A stretch of 64,000 nt of DNA from a virus. The position numbers and the translations under genes are program-made. Below, one piece after another: positions 1 to 9,861 of this stretch (positions are counted from its first letter, which is position 1; each line of letters starts with the position of its first letter). The DNA lies in the IMG/VR virus record IMGVR_UViG_3300014202_000879, positions 117,889 to 181,888 of that record; one strand, written 5' to 3'. A model generated the notes under the pieces. That model searched no databases. It saw only the letters and a program-made list of their open reading frames with translations, and was not told the DNA's origin.

Positions 1-331
1 CCTCAAAGACAACCATGAGGCTCTGGGTGTTGTCTTGGCTGATAACGAAAAAGAAATCAGGAAGTACAAAGAGGACGTACAGGCCAGCAACGCGCTGGTC
101 GCCGAGTACCAGCAAAAGATCGCTCAGCTCAACCAAGATCTGGCGCTGATCAAGAAGAAAAAACTCAAAGAAGAGAAAGATGTGGATGTGTACATCGACC
201 GCTACAGGCAGGACAACCCTGGTGTACCCACCGAAGATGTCGATCGCCTCTCTGTTGAAATGAAAAGCACGGTACGTATCGAAGCTCTTTGGAGCAACTA
301 CTGTGCAGCCAATGTTTGCGAAGGACAATGA
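1..331 (+). CDS. i-spanin (Rz-like), 5'-truncated
   Basis: Frame is open from base 2 (LKDNHEALGVVLADNEKE...), so the track start at 35 is not the true start. Coiled-coil-like sequence directly upstream of a lipobox gene. Confidence 0.65.
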   Translation, partial: LKDNHEALGVVLADNEKEIRKYKEDVQASNALVAEYQQKIAQLNQDLALIKKKKLKEEKDVDVYIDRYRQDNPGVPTEDVDRLSVEMKSTVRIEALWSNYCAANVCEGQ

Positions 332-332
332 C

Positions 333-659
333 ATGAAACAACTGATTATGGCAGTGGCTGTCTCGGTGATGCTGGCTGGTTGTATTACCCTACCTGAGCG
401 CGAACGTATCGTGGTGAAGACCGACACTGTGGTGGCCGATATTCCAGAAACTTTATTGCTACCGTGTTCGGAATCCCCACCTCCTGACAAGGTGGCGTAC
501 ATGGCTGCTGATCTACCAACCAAGGAGAGCTACTTGGTGGATTACTCCTTGGACCTCACCAAAGATCTGCGAGAATGCGATGAAAAAGTAACGGGCATAC
601 GACTTCGGTTGAAAGACCAAAAAGCCCGGTACGAAGGCACGAAAGATCAAGATCCATGA
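333..659 (+). CDS. o-spanin (Rz1-like) outer-membrane lipoprotein
   Basis: MKQLIMAVAVSVMLAGC is a signal peptide with a LAGC lipobox, followed by a Pro/Cys-containing body (LLLPCSESPPP...ECDEK). ATG 333 follows AAGGA (track start 303). Confidence 0.8.
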   Translation: MKQLIMAVAVSVMLAGCITLPERERIVVKTDTVVADIPETLLLPCSESPPPDKVAYMAADLPTKESYLVDYSLDLTKDLRECDEKVTGIRLRLKDQKARYEGTKDQDP

Positions 660-1063
660 GCGAAATCAAGAAAACTGTGAGTGACTTGGTCTTGCGCATA
701 CGTGCTATTGCTGACGATCAGTTCGACGGAGATATCGAAAACAATTTCATTGACATCTTCAACACACTGACCGATGATGAAAGATACATCGTTATCCATC
801 ACTTCGTCAGGTCTCAGTTCTTGTTCACCAAAGGAAACCTCGTCAAAAACGTGTGCCCGCCCCCAGTAAACAAGATCGAGAAAGAACTTCAGGACATTGA
901 GGAATTCAACAAGATAGAGTTGATACGGCTCAAATCATGGTTGGCTCGCGCTACCTTGGTGTTGGCTTTGTCGTTTTCTTTCTTGGCCATGATGATAAGT
1001 GGCACCACCCTCAAGGAATACATGAAGGATGTGTTCCATGTATGGGAAATCATCACCAAGTAA
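656..1063 (+). CDS. hypothetical membrane protein
   Basis: Overlaps the spanin stop (ATGA); one C-terminal hydrophobic segment (TLVLALSFSFLAMMISG). Confidence 0.7.
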   Translation: MSEIKKTVSDLVLRIRAIADDQFDGDIENNFIDIFNTLTDDERYIVIHHFVRSQFLFTKGNLVKNVCPPPVNKIEKELQDIEEFNKIELIRLKSWLARATLVLALSFSFLAMMISGTTLKEYMKDVFHVWEIITK

Positions 1064-1068
1064 CCACA

Positions 1069-1099
1069 CCACCTACCCGCCTTGTGAGCGGGTAGGTGG
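1069..1099. terminator. bidirectional hairpin between convergent genes (no U-tract)
   Basis: CCACCTACCCGC / GCGGGTAGGTGG, 12-bp perfect stem with a 7-nt loop. Confidence 0.6.
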
Positions 1100-1108
1100 G
1101 TAGTGGCG

Positions 1109-1540
1109 TTATGGCAAAGATGGCTTGACTGGCCAGAGCACGTTGGCTGGGTCTTGGCTGGTGATGTCACGAAGGGCTTGGCAGTAAGCATCGAGCTGTG
1201 TGCGTTGCACCTCGGTCATCTTGGCTTGCATATCACTTCGGTAGAGGTAATCGGTAGCCGCCAGGAGCTGGTTGCGTTTCTGCCGAACCAGCGACAAAAG
1301 GACACCCTCCGGAACAACCCATTGTTCCGACGGGATATCGAACACATGATGGTTCGACGGTTTTTGACCTCTGTGTTTGACTTCTCCATCTTTGTAGTAG
1401 TTGTCTAGGTCATAAAACCCTTGCACTACAAAGAATTCACTGTCTTCGACCATTTCTTCAACCGTTTCTGTAGGAGAATTGGCCGAAACTCTACTGAAAA
1501 ATTCTCCAGTAGTTCTTAAAAAATTGCTTATGGTTTTCAT
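1109..1540 (-). CDS. tail fibre assembly chaperone
   Basis: C-terminal motif RQKRNQLLAATDY...LDAYCQALRDIT...WPVKP, typical of phage tail-assembly chaperones; directly downstream of the fibre gene. Confidence 0.8.
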   Translation of the reverse strand: MKTISNFLRTTGEFFSRVSANSPTETVEEMVEDSEFFVVQGFYDLDNYYKDGEVKHRGQKPSNHHVFDIPSEQWVVPEGVLLSLVRQKRNQLLAATDYLYRSDMQAKMTEVQRTQLDAYCQALRDITSQDPANVLWPVKPSLP

Positions 1541-1545
1541 AGGTA

Positions 1546-3699
1546 TTATTCCCGTACAGAAATTATGTTAATGTTGACCCTGCCATAGGAGGGGTGAACG
1601 AGATTGATACTATTGGAATACCCACCGTATCTTAATCTTAATCCAGTTATTTCGTCCGTGATTTTAAACGCAAACGACATAGTGCCCGAATGCACCAACA
1701 GGTCTGAATTATCAAGATAATGGTTTGTTTCTCTTATGTCAACAAGTATGGGCTCGTTAACAGTCGTTGGGGTATCGACATCAACCTGTGCAAAAAACAT
1801 CATGGTGGAAAACGCATTGACCGAGATGTATTTCCAGAATTCGATATGCAAGTAGTAGTCGATGTTTACAATCACAGAGAAATTACTATCCCCGCGACCA
1901 GCTCCATCCGTAAGAATTCCCAAGAGCTCTTCTGATGTGACACCTGACGCAGTTCCATTAGCTCCGTCGGCAGAGGATAGATTCCAGAATGCGTTTGCTC
2001 CTGGTGTACTGAAGTCACCAATCGGAAGTCGTAAAGTTGTGAAGTTGTTGTAAGTAAGTGATTTTTTGCCAGTACCAGCGATAGCCTCACTCAGCCCAGT
2101 CACTTTGGACATAGGGATGGCTTGTAACTTACCAGACGCAACACTGTCCTCCGCTAGTTTTGCCCCGGATACGCTGTTGTCGATCAGCTTGGATCCGTTG
2201 ACGCCGTTGTCCATGAGCACGCGCCCATGCAAAGATTCATCAAGTATCTGGTGACGGGCTTGTTTTGCCGTTATCAAAGGCATCCCTGGACCAGGCGAGA
2301 ACTTGGAGAAAATCGTCTGCGTAGCCGTCGCTATGCCGAAGTAGCCGTCTTTCAAGAAACCACAAGGCGAGATAGCTGCCGGGTTAGGGTCATCTGGCCA
2401 GTTGTGTGGCCTCCAGGATTCAGTAGGTGTTGAGAGCGTCGTCGTCTCCAGAAACACCTCAGCAAAATGGGCACCTGCGGGAGCGGTAACAAAAATACCT
2501 CTCCACGTCATGTCAGAAAGACTGTGTATGGCCGCTGTCACACCAGCGTTCTCGACCCAGTCCGAGTAAGAGGTCTGGTTGGACGGTAGTGGCTGGTTGC
2601 CGCTATCTCGCCAAAGTACCCCAAGCCTGGTTTTCGCTTGAGTGGCTGCAAGGCGGCCTTGTAGTTCATACCTGAATCCAGGAACCACAGGAATGAAACC
2701 TGGGTAGAAAGTAGGATCGAGGCAAGGAGAAATAGAGAAAGTCGTTTGTGCATTGACGTTACGGAAGGATCTGGCTACCATGACGCCAGTCTCTCTTGCA
2801 GAAAACGGACCACGCAAAGCCAGCTCCACCGCATAGCCAAAAGCAAATCCAATGCTCTGACGCGCCAGCGACCCGAAGTCGTTTGAGAATGTTAATCCAC
2901 CCAACCGGTTGGCTGTGATATCGTCTGTGTAGACGGGTAAGTTGCCCGGCATGCCGCTTTGCTCATCATACCAGAAAACTGCCCACAGGCCCGAGCAAAC
3001 ATCGGGCAACATGTTGCCGCTACTGTATGCCTTTTGCCCTATGGACTCACGAATGTCGGCGTGCGAACCATTGCTGAGATTGTGTTGCTCGATAGCGGGA
3101 ACAGCACCAGCGGCATTCACCAAGTCACGCTGTTCTTTCACGTAGAGCATGGCACGCTCGAACGCAGGCACGTTCGACAGTGTCACGGCTTGCTGCAGCC
3201 GTTCAAGGCCCACGATCAGGCTTTGGAACCTGTAGAGATCCGCAAGCAAATGGGGATGCATCGACGGCGGGTACGTCAGCAGTGGATTTAAGACGTTCTC
3301 CCATTCGACCGGGCGTTCATCAGACACCACCGCCGCATACAGATCGTTGAGGGTCTGGGTCGATACACGGGTGAATCGCCCACCTGGCGTTTGGTACGTC
3401 AGGAGTGCATTGGTTGACATGCCTTGTTTATACACCAAGATAACGGCAGCAACTTCTTTGCCCGTCATGACGTTGAGTTCTTCGGAAATCTCAACGCACT
3501 TGTAGTCGACACCTTTGACCAAAGCAACACCTGGATCGGCAGCATCTTTCAGAACCACCGACTCTGTGAAGAATGGTCCATAGTCTGGCACCACCACACG
3601 GACGGTTGTGGCACCTAAGGCATGGGGTTCGTTTTGGATGAGGTTGGTGGGTGCTACACCACTCAAGTCCTCTGGATAGATGGAGATAGGATCTGGCAT
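1546..3699 (-). CDS. tail fibre / receptor-binding virion protein
   Basis: N-terminal domain (PDYGPFF...GVDY...PPSMHPH) resembles phiKZ-family fibre anchors and is paralogous to 3703..4407. Internal jelly-roll-like segment (APAGAHFAEVFL) and SxxxxKL repeats; chaperone gene follows. Confidence 0.7.
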   Translation of the reverse strand: MPDPISIYPEDLSGVAPTNLIQNEPHALGATTVRVVVPDYGPFFTESVVLKDAADPGVALVKGVDYKCVEISEELNVMTGKEVAAVILVYKQGMSTNALLTYQTPGGRFTRVSTQTLNDLYAAVVSDERPVEWENVLNPLLTYPPSMHPHLLADLYRFQSLIVGLERLQQAVTLSNVPAFERAMLYVKEQRDLVNAAGAVPAIEQHNLSNGSHADIRESIGQKAYSSGNMLPDVCSGLWAVFWYDEQSGMPGNLPVYTDDITANRLGGLTFSNDFGSLARQSIGFAFGYAVELALRGPFSARETGVMVARSFRNVNAQTTFSISPCLDPTFYPGFIPVVPGFRYELQGRLAATQAKTRLGVLWRDSGNQPLPSNQTSYSDWVENAGVTAAIHSLSDMTWRGIFVTAPAGAHFAEVFLETTTLSTPTESWRPHNWPDDPNPAAISPCGFLKDGYFGIATATQTIFSKFSPGPGMPLITAKQARHQILDESLHGRVLMDNGVNGSKLIDNSVSGAKLAEDSVASGKLQAIPMSKVTGLSEAIAGTGKKSLTYNNFTTLRLPIGDFSTPGANAFWNLSSADGANGTASGVTSEELLGILTDGAGRGDSNFSVIVNIDYYLHIEFWKYISVNAFSTMMFFAQVDVDTPTTVNEPILVDIRETNHYLDNSDLLVHSGTMSFAFKITDEITGLRLRYGGYSNSINLVHPSYGRVNINIISVRE

Positions 3700-3702
3700 T
3701 GG

Positions 3703-4407
3703 TTACCCCAAGGTTTGAAGAATGTGAAACAGCTGCTTCAGAGAAACAGTTTTGGTGTTGGTTACAGCTTGGTTGGCCTGGTAAGCCGAGATGGCCGCCG
3801 TGACTTCTGGGTCACTGGCTGTAGACATGATGTGGGGGGTCTCTGACGTCACATGACTCAGCATATTGGTTTGATCAGCAATGGCTGCTGTCATGTCTTC
3901 CAAAACAGCCAAGAGTTCCGCCATCCCTGTGAAATCATCCACAGGTTGCGAGTGCAGATCCGGTGGAAAAATCTGTTGAATGTTGGAGATCTGGTCCCAC
4001 GACACCATGCGTGGATTGTAGGCCAGCGTGGCCAGGGTGTTGAGCACCAGAGTTTGATCGCCTGTCCAGATACCACCGATGGTTTGGTACTGAGACAGGC
4101 GAATGATGCCGGTTTCTTCGTAGGATGTGTTGGTCAACACAATACATCCGTAAGCTGTGATGGCCAACGAACGGGTTATTGCGATAGCCAATGACACCAA
4201 GTCGTAGTCCACGTTCTCCACCATGGGTACAGCAGACCCCCCGTCTGGGATGTACTCCAGAACCAAGTTGTTGGTAAAGAACGGTGCGTAGGCGGGCACA
4301 ATCACCCGGTAAGGGCGGTTGTTGATCGTGGCCACAGAGTACGATTCGTTGACCACTCGGTTGGCTAAGAGTGCCCCGGTGGTATCGAGAGCATAAGGAG
4401 CTGGCAT
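3703..4407 (-). CDS. virion structural protein, short paralog of the fibre N-terminal domain
   Basis: Shares RVIVPAYAPFF / VDY / W..I.N..QIFPPDLH motifs with the N-terminus of 1546..3699. Confidence 0.7.
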   Translation of the reverse strand: MPAPYALDTTGALLANRVVNESYSVATINNRPYRVIVPAYAPFFTNNLVLEYIPDGGSAVPMVENVDYDLVSLAIAITRSLAITAYGCIVLTNTSYEETGIIRLSQYQTIGGIWTGDQTLVLNTLATLAYNPRMVSWDQISNIQQIFPPDLHSQPVDDFTGMAELLAVLEDMTAAIADQTNMLSHVTSETPHIMSTASDPEVTAAISAYQANQAVTNTKTVSLKQLFHILQTLG

Positions 4408-4457
4408 AAAATCCTCTTGAGGTTCGGTTTGTTCGGTTTGTTTAAAAAGGAAGCAAC

Positions 4458-5729
4458 ATGTACACTTACACAGGCAGCAAATGCCTTACCAACGTCACGG
4501 GTGCCCAGTGGGCGACACCCGACATCGAAAATGCGCTGCTTCGAGATGTTTTTTTCAACTACTCGAAAGTGTTTATTTCTGTAGAAAATTCGTTTACCAA
4601 CCAAGTCATCTATGTCGCCATGGACACCTACCGGTCGTCGCACATGAGTTACAGTGGCAGCGTGGGCGAGTGGTTGGAGATGATGGAGAACATTACACTG
4701 AACACCGTAGAAGCACTGCCCTCCGACGGTTATCAGTATGCCAAGTACGTCAACTTGAACCAACAGAGATTCAAGTTGACACCCACGTTGGTGGGCACAG
4801 GCTTACCAAACAATTATTCTGGTGTCAAACCCAATCTACAAATCAGCAGGTTGTTCATCAATACCGACATGGGGTTTTTGCACACCCATTGCCTGGTTAC
4901 CGTGAACGGTTATATACACGACACCTTCCAAGACGCCATCAATCCAGATCACTGCTTCGTAAAAGACGCATGTACCTCGGTCTCCATCGCCAGGGTCAAC
5001 AACGTTGGTGCTGTCAGCTTCAAGAACATCGGCGAGGTGTTCAAGATCAAAATCGATCCTGAAGCCATTCTTCCCATGAACGTAGGCCAACCCCTTATCG
5101 ACGGTCTACAGTTCACCGTAGAGGCTCCTGATAGCATTCCTGTGGTTGCTGGCAAGGCGCTGTTCTTGGTGCTGGGCGGATACATGATTTTCTTGGAAAA
5201 CGACAAGCTGTCGATGATTGGCGACAACACGTTTCGTCTGAATCTGCGCAACATCAACTACGTAGAGAAGATCCTGGAGAGCAAGCGGTACATCAACTTG
5301 TCGCCTCTTGGGTTGACAGAAAACCCGGAGTACATTGGTGCCATCAACCAAGACGAACTCTTTTCTGACGAAGTGATCAAAAGCTACCTCACACTCAGTC
5401 AGAGCTTTGTGGTGGTGATGGATGCCAGTGAGTTCGGTATCGATAAAATCGCCATGAAAAACATGAACACACCTGGTCTTTTCACCAGTTACACGGAGCC
5501 TCTGTATCCGATGTTCGTGGGGTATGGGCGTCTGACCGAATACTGGAAGAGACAAGAGGGTGGTCGCTGGACAGTGACTGTCACCGATCCTTTTACCAGA
5601 GACTATGTGTTCAGTCAGGCACCCGCTGTCAACAACGGATCTTGGATAAACGACTCCACATGGGTCAACAGCTACACCATCAGCAACCGGGCTGTCATGC
5701 TTGAGCTTGGCGCCAGACAACCACTGTAA
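4458..5729 (+). CDS. conserved virion structural protein (baseplate region)
   Basis: 423-aa ORF with good start context; LVTVNGY(I)H motif and position next to the spike gene as in phiKZ-like phages. Confidence 0.6.
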   Translation: MYTYTGSKCLTNVTGAQWATPDIENALLRDVFFNYSKVFISVENSFTNQVIYVAMDTYRSSHMSYSGSVGEWLEMMENITLNTVEALPSDGYQYAKYVNLNQQRFKLTPTLVGTGLPNNYSGVKPNLQISRLFINTDMGFLHTHCLVTVNGYIHDTFQDAINPDHCFVKDACTSVSIARVNNVGAVSFKNIGEVFKIKIDPEAILPMNVGQPLIDGLQFTVEAPDSIPVVAGKALFLVLGGYMIFLENDKLSMIGDNTFRLNLRNINYVEKILESKRYINLSPLGLTENPEYIGAINQDELFSDEVIKSYLTLSQSFVVVMDASEFGIDKIAMKNMNTPGLFTSYTEPLYPMFVGYGRLTEYWKRQEGGRWTVTVTDPFTRDYVFSQAPAVNNGSWINDSTWVNSYTISNRAVMLELGARQPL

Positions 5730-5732
5730 CAC

Positions 5733-5767
5733 CACCATGCCTGGCAGTAGATCTGCCAGGCATGGTG
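5733..5767. terminator. bidirectional hairpin between convergent genes
   Basis: CACCATGCCTGGCAG-TAGAT-CTGCCAGGCATGGTG, 15-bp perfect stem. Confidence 0.6.
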
Positions 5768-5775
5768 ACTGTCAT

Positions 5776-6576
5776 TTACGGTATCCAAGCAGCTGCATTA
5801 CCTACGCCACCGATGTCGATGTTCCCTGTGCCATTGTAGTCGCCATTGACCTGTACGTCGCCATTGACGACCAGATTGCCATTCTGTGTCAGCTCAGGTG
5901 TGGTTATGTTGGCACCCGTTGTCGCAACAACATCGGCTTGCTCGCACTGAACCTGGACGTTTTTTGTCTGCACTGAGATCTTGTCTTTGGCCATCACAAC
6001 GATCTCGCTTTGAATACGGGCAGTGAACTTGTTGGCCTCACCGTCCATGTTGAGTATGTTGTCGTTGGTATCCTTGTAGGTAAAGATGCCTTTGTTCCAA
6101 TCACCGAACAAATCCATACCCACCTTCTCACCGTCGTTGGTGGGCGTATGGAAATGAAAGGTTTTCGAATCGCTGGAGATCATGAAGAACACCTGGTTTG
6201 AGATATCGGGTGCTTCTGTGGGCGATGCCTGCGATGGGTTGTTGGACACCACGTAGATGATGGTTTCTTTTTTCCTTAGGCCAGGTTCATACCCTGCTGG
6301 CATCCAGAAGAACCTGTCGGAGTCGGCATACCTGTAGATGTGTACAGATTCTTTTGCACAGACATCCGGTGGTGTGATGCGCTGGGTGTTGTCTGCACGT
6401 ATCCATTTGGCTTGGATGAGCACATCTTTGGTGCTGGCGATGTCTCCATCGACAAAAGGATGCTGTTCAGCTGGCCATACGTCGATGAAGTTGGAGTCCT
6501 TGGGTTTGTCCCTGGCCACGATGCCAATGGAGTAAAACCTCATCTGGGACATCATTTCAGAAAATCCATCACTCAT
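5776..6576 (-). CDS. baseplate central spike / puncturing protein (phiKZ gp164-like)
   Basis: OB-fold-like N-terminus (YSIGIVARDKP...AKW...ITPPDV) and C-terminal beta-helix repeats (NGNLVVNGDVQVNGDYNGTGNIDIGG); adjacent to sbcC as in phiKZ. Confidence 0.7.
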   Translation of the reverse strand: MSDGFSEMMSQMRFYSIGIVARDKPKDSNFIDVWPAEQHPFVDGDIASTKDVLIQAKWIRADNTQRITPPDVCAKESVHIYRYADSDRFFWMPAGYEPGLRKKETIIYVVSNNPSQASPTEAPDISNQVFFMISSDSKTFHFHTPTNDGEKVGMDLFGDWNKGIFTYKDTNDNILNMDGEANKFTARIQSEIVVMAKDKISVQTKNVQVQCEQADVVATTGANITTPELTQNGNLVVNGDVQVNGDYNGTGNIDIGGVGNAAAWIP

Positions 6577-6645
6577 GTCTGTATCCTTGTGTAGAGGTGA
6601 AATTTGATCGAATCATTTAATCTATTGAGCATAACAAGGATTACC

Positions 6646-9153
6646 ATGTACATTACTTCGCTTGAGTTGATCGAGTACAGACGGTTCAAACTTCTTCCAT
6701 TCAAAAGGTTTAAAGCCAACTTCACCAAAAGCATGGTGGTTTTGGTTGGGACAAACGGCTGTGGTAAATCTTCGATCTTGGCCGAGTGTTCTCCTTGGCC
6801 AGCCGACAGGAGTTTCTACCGAAAAGGTGGCAGCAAAACCATCGAGATAGAAAACAAGGGCAACCGCTACAAGCTGATTTCTGACTTCAGCAGCGACAAA
6901 CCCAAGTATCTCTTTTACAAGAACGACGAAGGCAATTTGAATCAAGGTGGCACCATGACCACTTACAAGGAGCTGGTAAAGTCAGAGTTCGGCATCACGG
7001 ACGACATTCACGAGGTCTTGTCTGGCTCCAAGTCCTTCTACAGCATGACCGTGGCTGAGAAAAGAAAGTGGTTCACCAGGATGCCTGGTGTGGACTACGA
7101 GTATGCCATCCGGTACTTTAAGAAATTGAAAGAGACCACCAAGTCCACAGCCGATGTGCTCAAGAACATGTCTGCTCGCCTGATCAAGGAAAAGAGTTTG
7201 CTGCTGAGCAAAGAAGCTGTACAAGAAATCGAGTCAGAGTTGGAGCATCTTCGCTCTACGCTGCACAACTTCCTGCATGAGAAAAGCAGCCGTGTGGTCG
7301 ATAAGCCTTACGTGAATTTTGCTGAGATGACCAGAAACAGCAATGCGCTGCTGGACAAGCTCAAAGAGATCTACACCTCCATTCAGAAAAGGATCAATAT
7401 CGATGAAGCTATGACCAGCATCAACGAAGTAAGCAACGAAATCACTGTTGAGAGAAAACTCAAAGACGACTTAGTTGACAGGCTCATGGATGCCACTGGC
7501 AAGTACGAGAAACTCAACCAAGAGTACACCAGCATCAAGATGGTGGATCCCGAGTCAGAGCTGGGTAAGCTTGCACAGGAGCTGGAGCGCCAGAAAGCCC
7601 AGCTGAGTTACCCTGACTTCCTTGAGAAAAATGGCTTGGATCTAAACGACCCTTCGGCCATCAGGTCGTTTGTCTATGCACTCAAGAACTCAGAGTCACT
7701 CATCGTGGAGTTGCAGAACTTTGAGTTGACTGAGGAGCAGGTCTCTGGCAGCTACATCTTCCAGCTAAGTTCGTCTCTGAACGATCTTCGGGTGATGAGC
7801 AAGTATGTCCAGACCTCGATAGGCGGATTGGAGACCAAACTGGCACACCTAGAGAAACACCGGTTAAATCCAGATACCATCTGCCCTGCATGCAACCACA
7901 CATGGAAACCAGGTTACACGGATGACGACTACGAAGACGCAACCAAGCAGATAGAGAAAAAGAGACAAGAACAGAAAAATCTGGCCATCATGATCAGCAC
8001 CACCGAGACCAATCTGGAACAAGCACAAATCCAGATGTCTTTGTACACATCTTTGATGGCTTTGCCCAGTCACAATCCCAACACCACCAACTATGTAGGC
8101 ATCGTTAAAAGCCATCTGTTCAACAACCTGGGCGATCTACCTAGGACCTACAACAACTTCTTATCCGACGCGGCCCTGTGTGTCAATATGGCGGCCACTC
8201 GCAACCGTATACAGGAGATCGAGTCTGTCATCAGGGCCAAGAAAGACAACATCGATGCCGTGCGAAGCGAGTTGTCTGGGTTGATCGAATCTCTTGGCAT
8301 CAGGATCGAAGAAAGATCGACAGCCATACGAGATCTTTATGCTCAAAAACAAAAGCTGGAGTTTGGTGTGCGTCAGGAGAAAAAACTCCAGGAGATGATC
8401 GCCACCACCAACGCCTACTGTAACAGCATCGATGATCTCGTGCGCAAAGAAGGTAGGCACCAACTCAATGTGTACCTGAACAACTGCATCTACGATCTGA
8501 AGTCGAACATCGCTATCCGAGAGCAGAAGATAGGTGTAGCCCGTATGCAACAAGCTGTGGTGCAAAAACTCAGTGCTGAGATCGACAGCCTGAGTACCCA
8601 GTTGGTTGGTATGCAAGCTGCTTGTGAAACCTTATCGCCCACCAATGGTCTCATTGCAAAAGGTTTGCATAACTTCTTGCAGTTCTTTACCAGTGAGATG
8701 AACGAGATCGTTGCTGAGGTGGCTACCTATCCACTGGAGGTCGTCTGCAACGGTGCTACCGATGAGGACATGAACCTGGACTTCAAGATGGAAGTCATCA
8801 CCAACAACCAAGTCGATGACAGTTCTCCCGATACCTCCAAGACTTCGTCTGGTCAAAAGGACATCATCGGTTTGGCTTTCAATTTGGCCAGCATAAAAGC
8901 ATACGGGTTGGGTGACCATCCTTTGTTCATGGATGAGTTTGGTGTGTATATGGACCATACCCATAGAAACAAAGCTGTTCGGTACGCAGAGAAATTGATG
9001 ATCGGTGGAAACTTTCAACAGTGTTTCATGGTTTCTCACCACAGTTCAGCTTACAGCAACCTGGCCAACGCACAAGTTATTGTTATCCACAAAGACAACG
9101 TGGTTATGCCAAGTGATTTAAAGACCGATCTCGATGTGATCATGGAGCTTTGA
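6646..9153 (+). CDS. sbcC: SbcC/Rad50-like SMC ATPase (phiKZ gp165-like)
   Basis: Walker A GTNGCGKS, long coiled coil with CPAC zinc hook, signature SSGQ, Walker B LFMDE, H-loop VSHH. ATG 6646 follows AAGGA (track start 6604). Confidence 0.9.
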   Translation: MYITSLELIEYRRFKLLPFKRFKANFTKSMVVLVGTNGCGKSSILAECSPWPADRSFYRKGGSKTIEIENKGNRYKLISDFSSDKPKYLFYKNDEGNLNQGGTMTTYKELVKSEFGITDDIHEVLSGSKSFYSMTVAEKRKWFTRMPGVDYEYAIRYFKKLKETTKSTADVLKNMSARLIKEKSLLLSKEAVQEIESELEHLRSTLHNFLHEKSSRVVDKPYVNFAEMTRNSNALLDKLKEIYTSIQKRINIDEAMTSINEVSNEITVERKLKDDLVDRLMDATGKYEKLNQEYTSIKMVDPESELGKLAQELERQKAQLSYPDFLEKNGLDLNDPSAIRSFVYALKNSESLIVELQNFELTEEQVSGSYIFQLSSSLNDLRVMSKYVQTSIGGLETKLAHLEKHRLNPDTICPACNHTWKPGYTDDDYEDATKQIEKKRQEQKNLAIMISTTETNLEQAQIQMSLYTSLMALPSHNPNTTNYVGIVKSHLFNNLGDLPRTYNNFLSDAALCVNMAATRNRIQEIESVIRAKKDNIDAVRSELSGLIESLGIRIEERSTAIRDLYAQKQKLEFGVRQEKKLQEMIATTNAYCNSIDDLVRKEGRHQLNVYLNNCIYDLKSNIAIREQKIGVARMQQAVVQKLSAEIDSLSTQLVGMQAACETLSPTNGLIAKGLHNFLQFFTSEMNEIVAEVATYPLEVVCNGATDEDMNLDFKMEVITNNQVDDSSPDTSKTSSGQKDIIGLAFNLASIKAYGLGDHPLFMDEFGVYMDHTHRNKAVRYAEKLMIGGNFQQCFMVSHHSSAYSNLANAQVIVIHKDNVVMPSDLKTDLDVIMEL

Positions 9154-9155
9154 TG

Positions 9156-9200
9156 CCTGATCCACTCACTGCCACACTCGGTGGCAGTGAGTGGATCAGG
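9156..9200. terminator. bidirectional hairpin, 20-bp perfect inverted repeat
   Basis: CCTGATCCACTCACTGCCAC-ACTCG-GTGGCAGTGAGTGGATCAGG between convergent stops. Confidence 0.65.
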
Positions 9201-9816
9201 TTGCTAAGCTGGTGAGGTGTGCGGTCAGAGCCTGGACCTGCTGTACAAGCGTGGCGTTTTGCTGACGCAAGAACTCCATGGTGGCGATGGAATCTACACT
9301 GTTCAGACGTGTGGTTTCACGCTGTGCTGTATTTACAACATGTTCGTCGACAGGCACCAGCACAGGTTTGGAGCTAATGACCTCGTTGACCAAAGGCACA
9401 ATACCCACATGGTTGGTGACGACAGCAGCAATGTCGGCTTTGAGGGACGTCAAGTCTCTGCTAACAGGCAAAGCTGGCAGCGACACCACCAGAGAAACAC
9501 CATAGTAGGCCACACCACTGACATCAGGAAAGCCAGAGATGTACCTGGATGGAACATACACCCAGTGTCCACCATCGGTCTCCAGTCCCACGATGGGGTT
9601 ACCCTCTTGGAAGTCTTGATCGAACTCCAGATCAGGTAAACCTTTGGGCAGGTAGACCGTTTCTTTAGGAGACTCGCCGTTGGAGAAGTATTCGTCGATG
9701 GTTCGCACACTGCGGCACGTGTACGGTTGTCCTTCTTGAATGTCTGAATTGAAGGGTGCTGAGAGTTTGAAATAGCCCTTTGCACCTACGGTAGGCAAGA
9801 CGATGTTTTCATTCAT
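9196..9816 (-). CDS. conserved hypothetical (probable virion) protein
   Basis: 206-aa ORF; P.VG.KG.F.L..PF...YTCRSVR...YVPSRYI pattern recalled from phiKZ-like phages. Confidence 0.65.
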   Translation of the reverse strand: MNENIVLPTVGAKGYFKLSAPFNSDIQEGQPYTCRSVRTIDEYFSNGESPKETVYLPKGLPDLEFDQDFQEGNPIVGLETDGGHWVYVPSRYISGFPDVSGVAYYGVSLVVSLPALPVSRDLTSLKADIAAVVTNHVGIVPLVNEVISSKPVLVPVDEHVVNTAQRETTRLNSVDSIATMEFLRQQNATLVQQVQALTAHLTSLAT

Positions 9817-9861
9817 GATGATTTGGGTAAAAAGGGTCGTTAGACCGGAAAAAAGAAAGAG

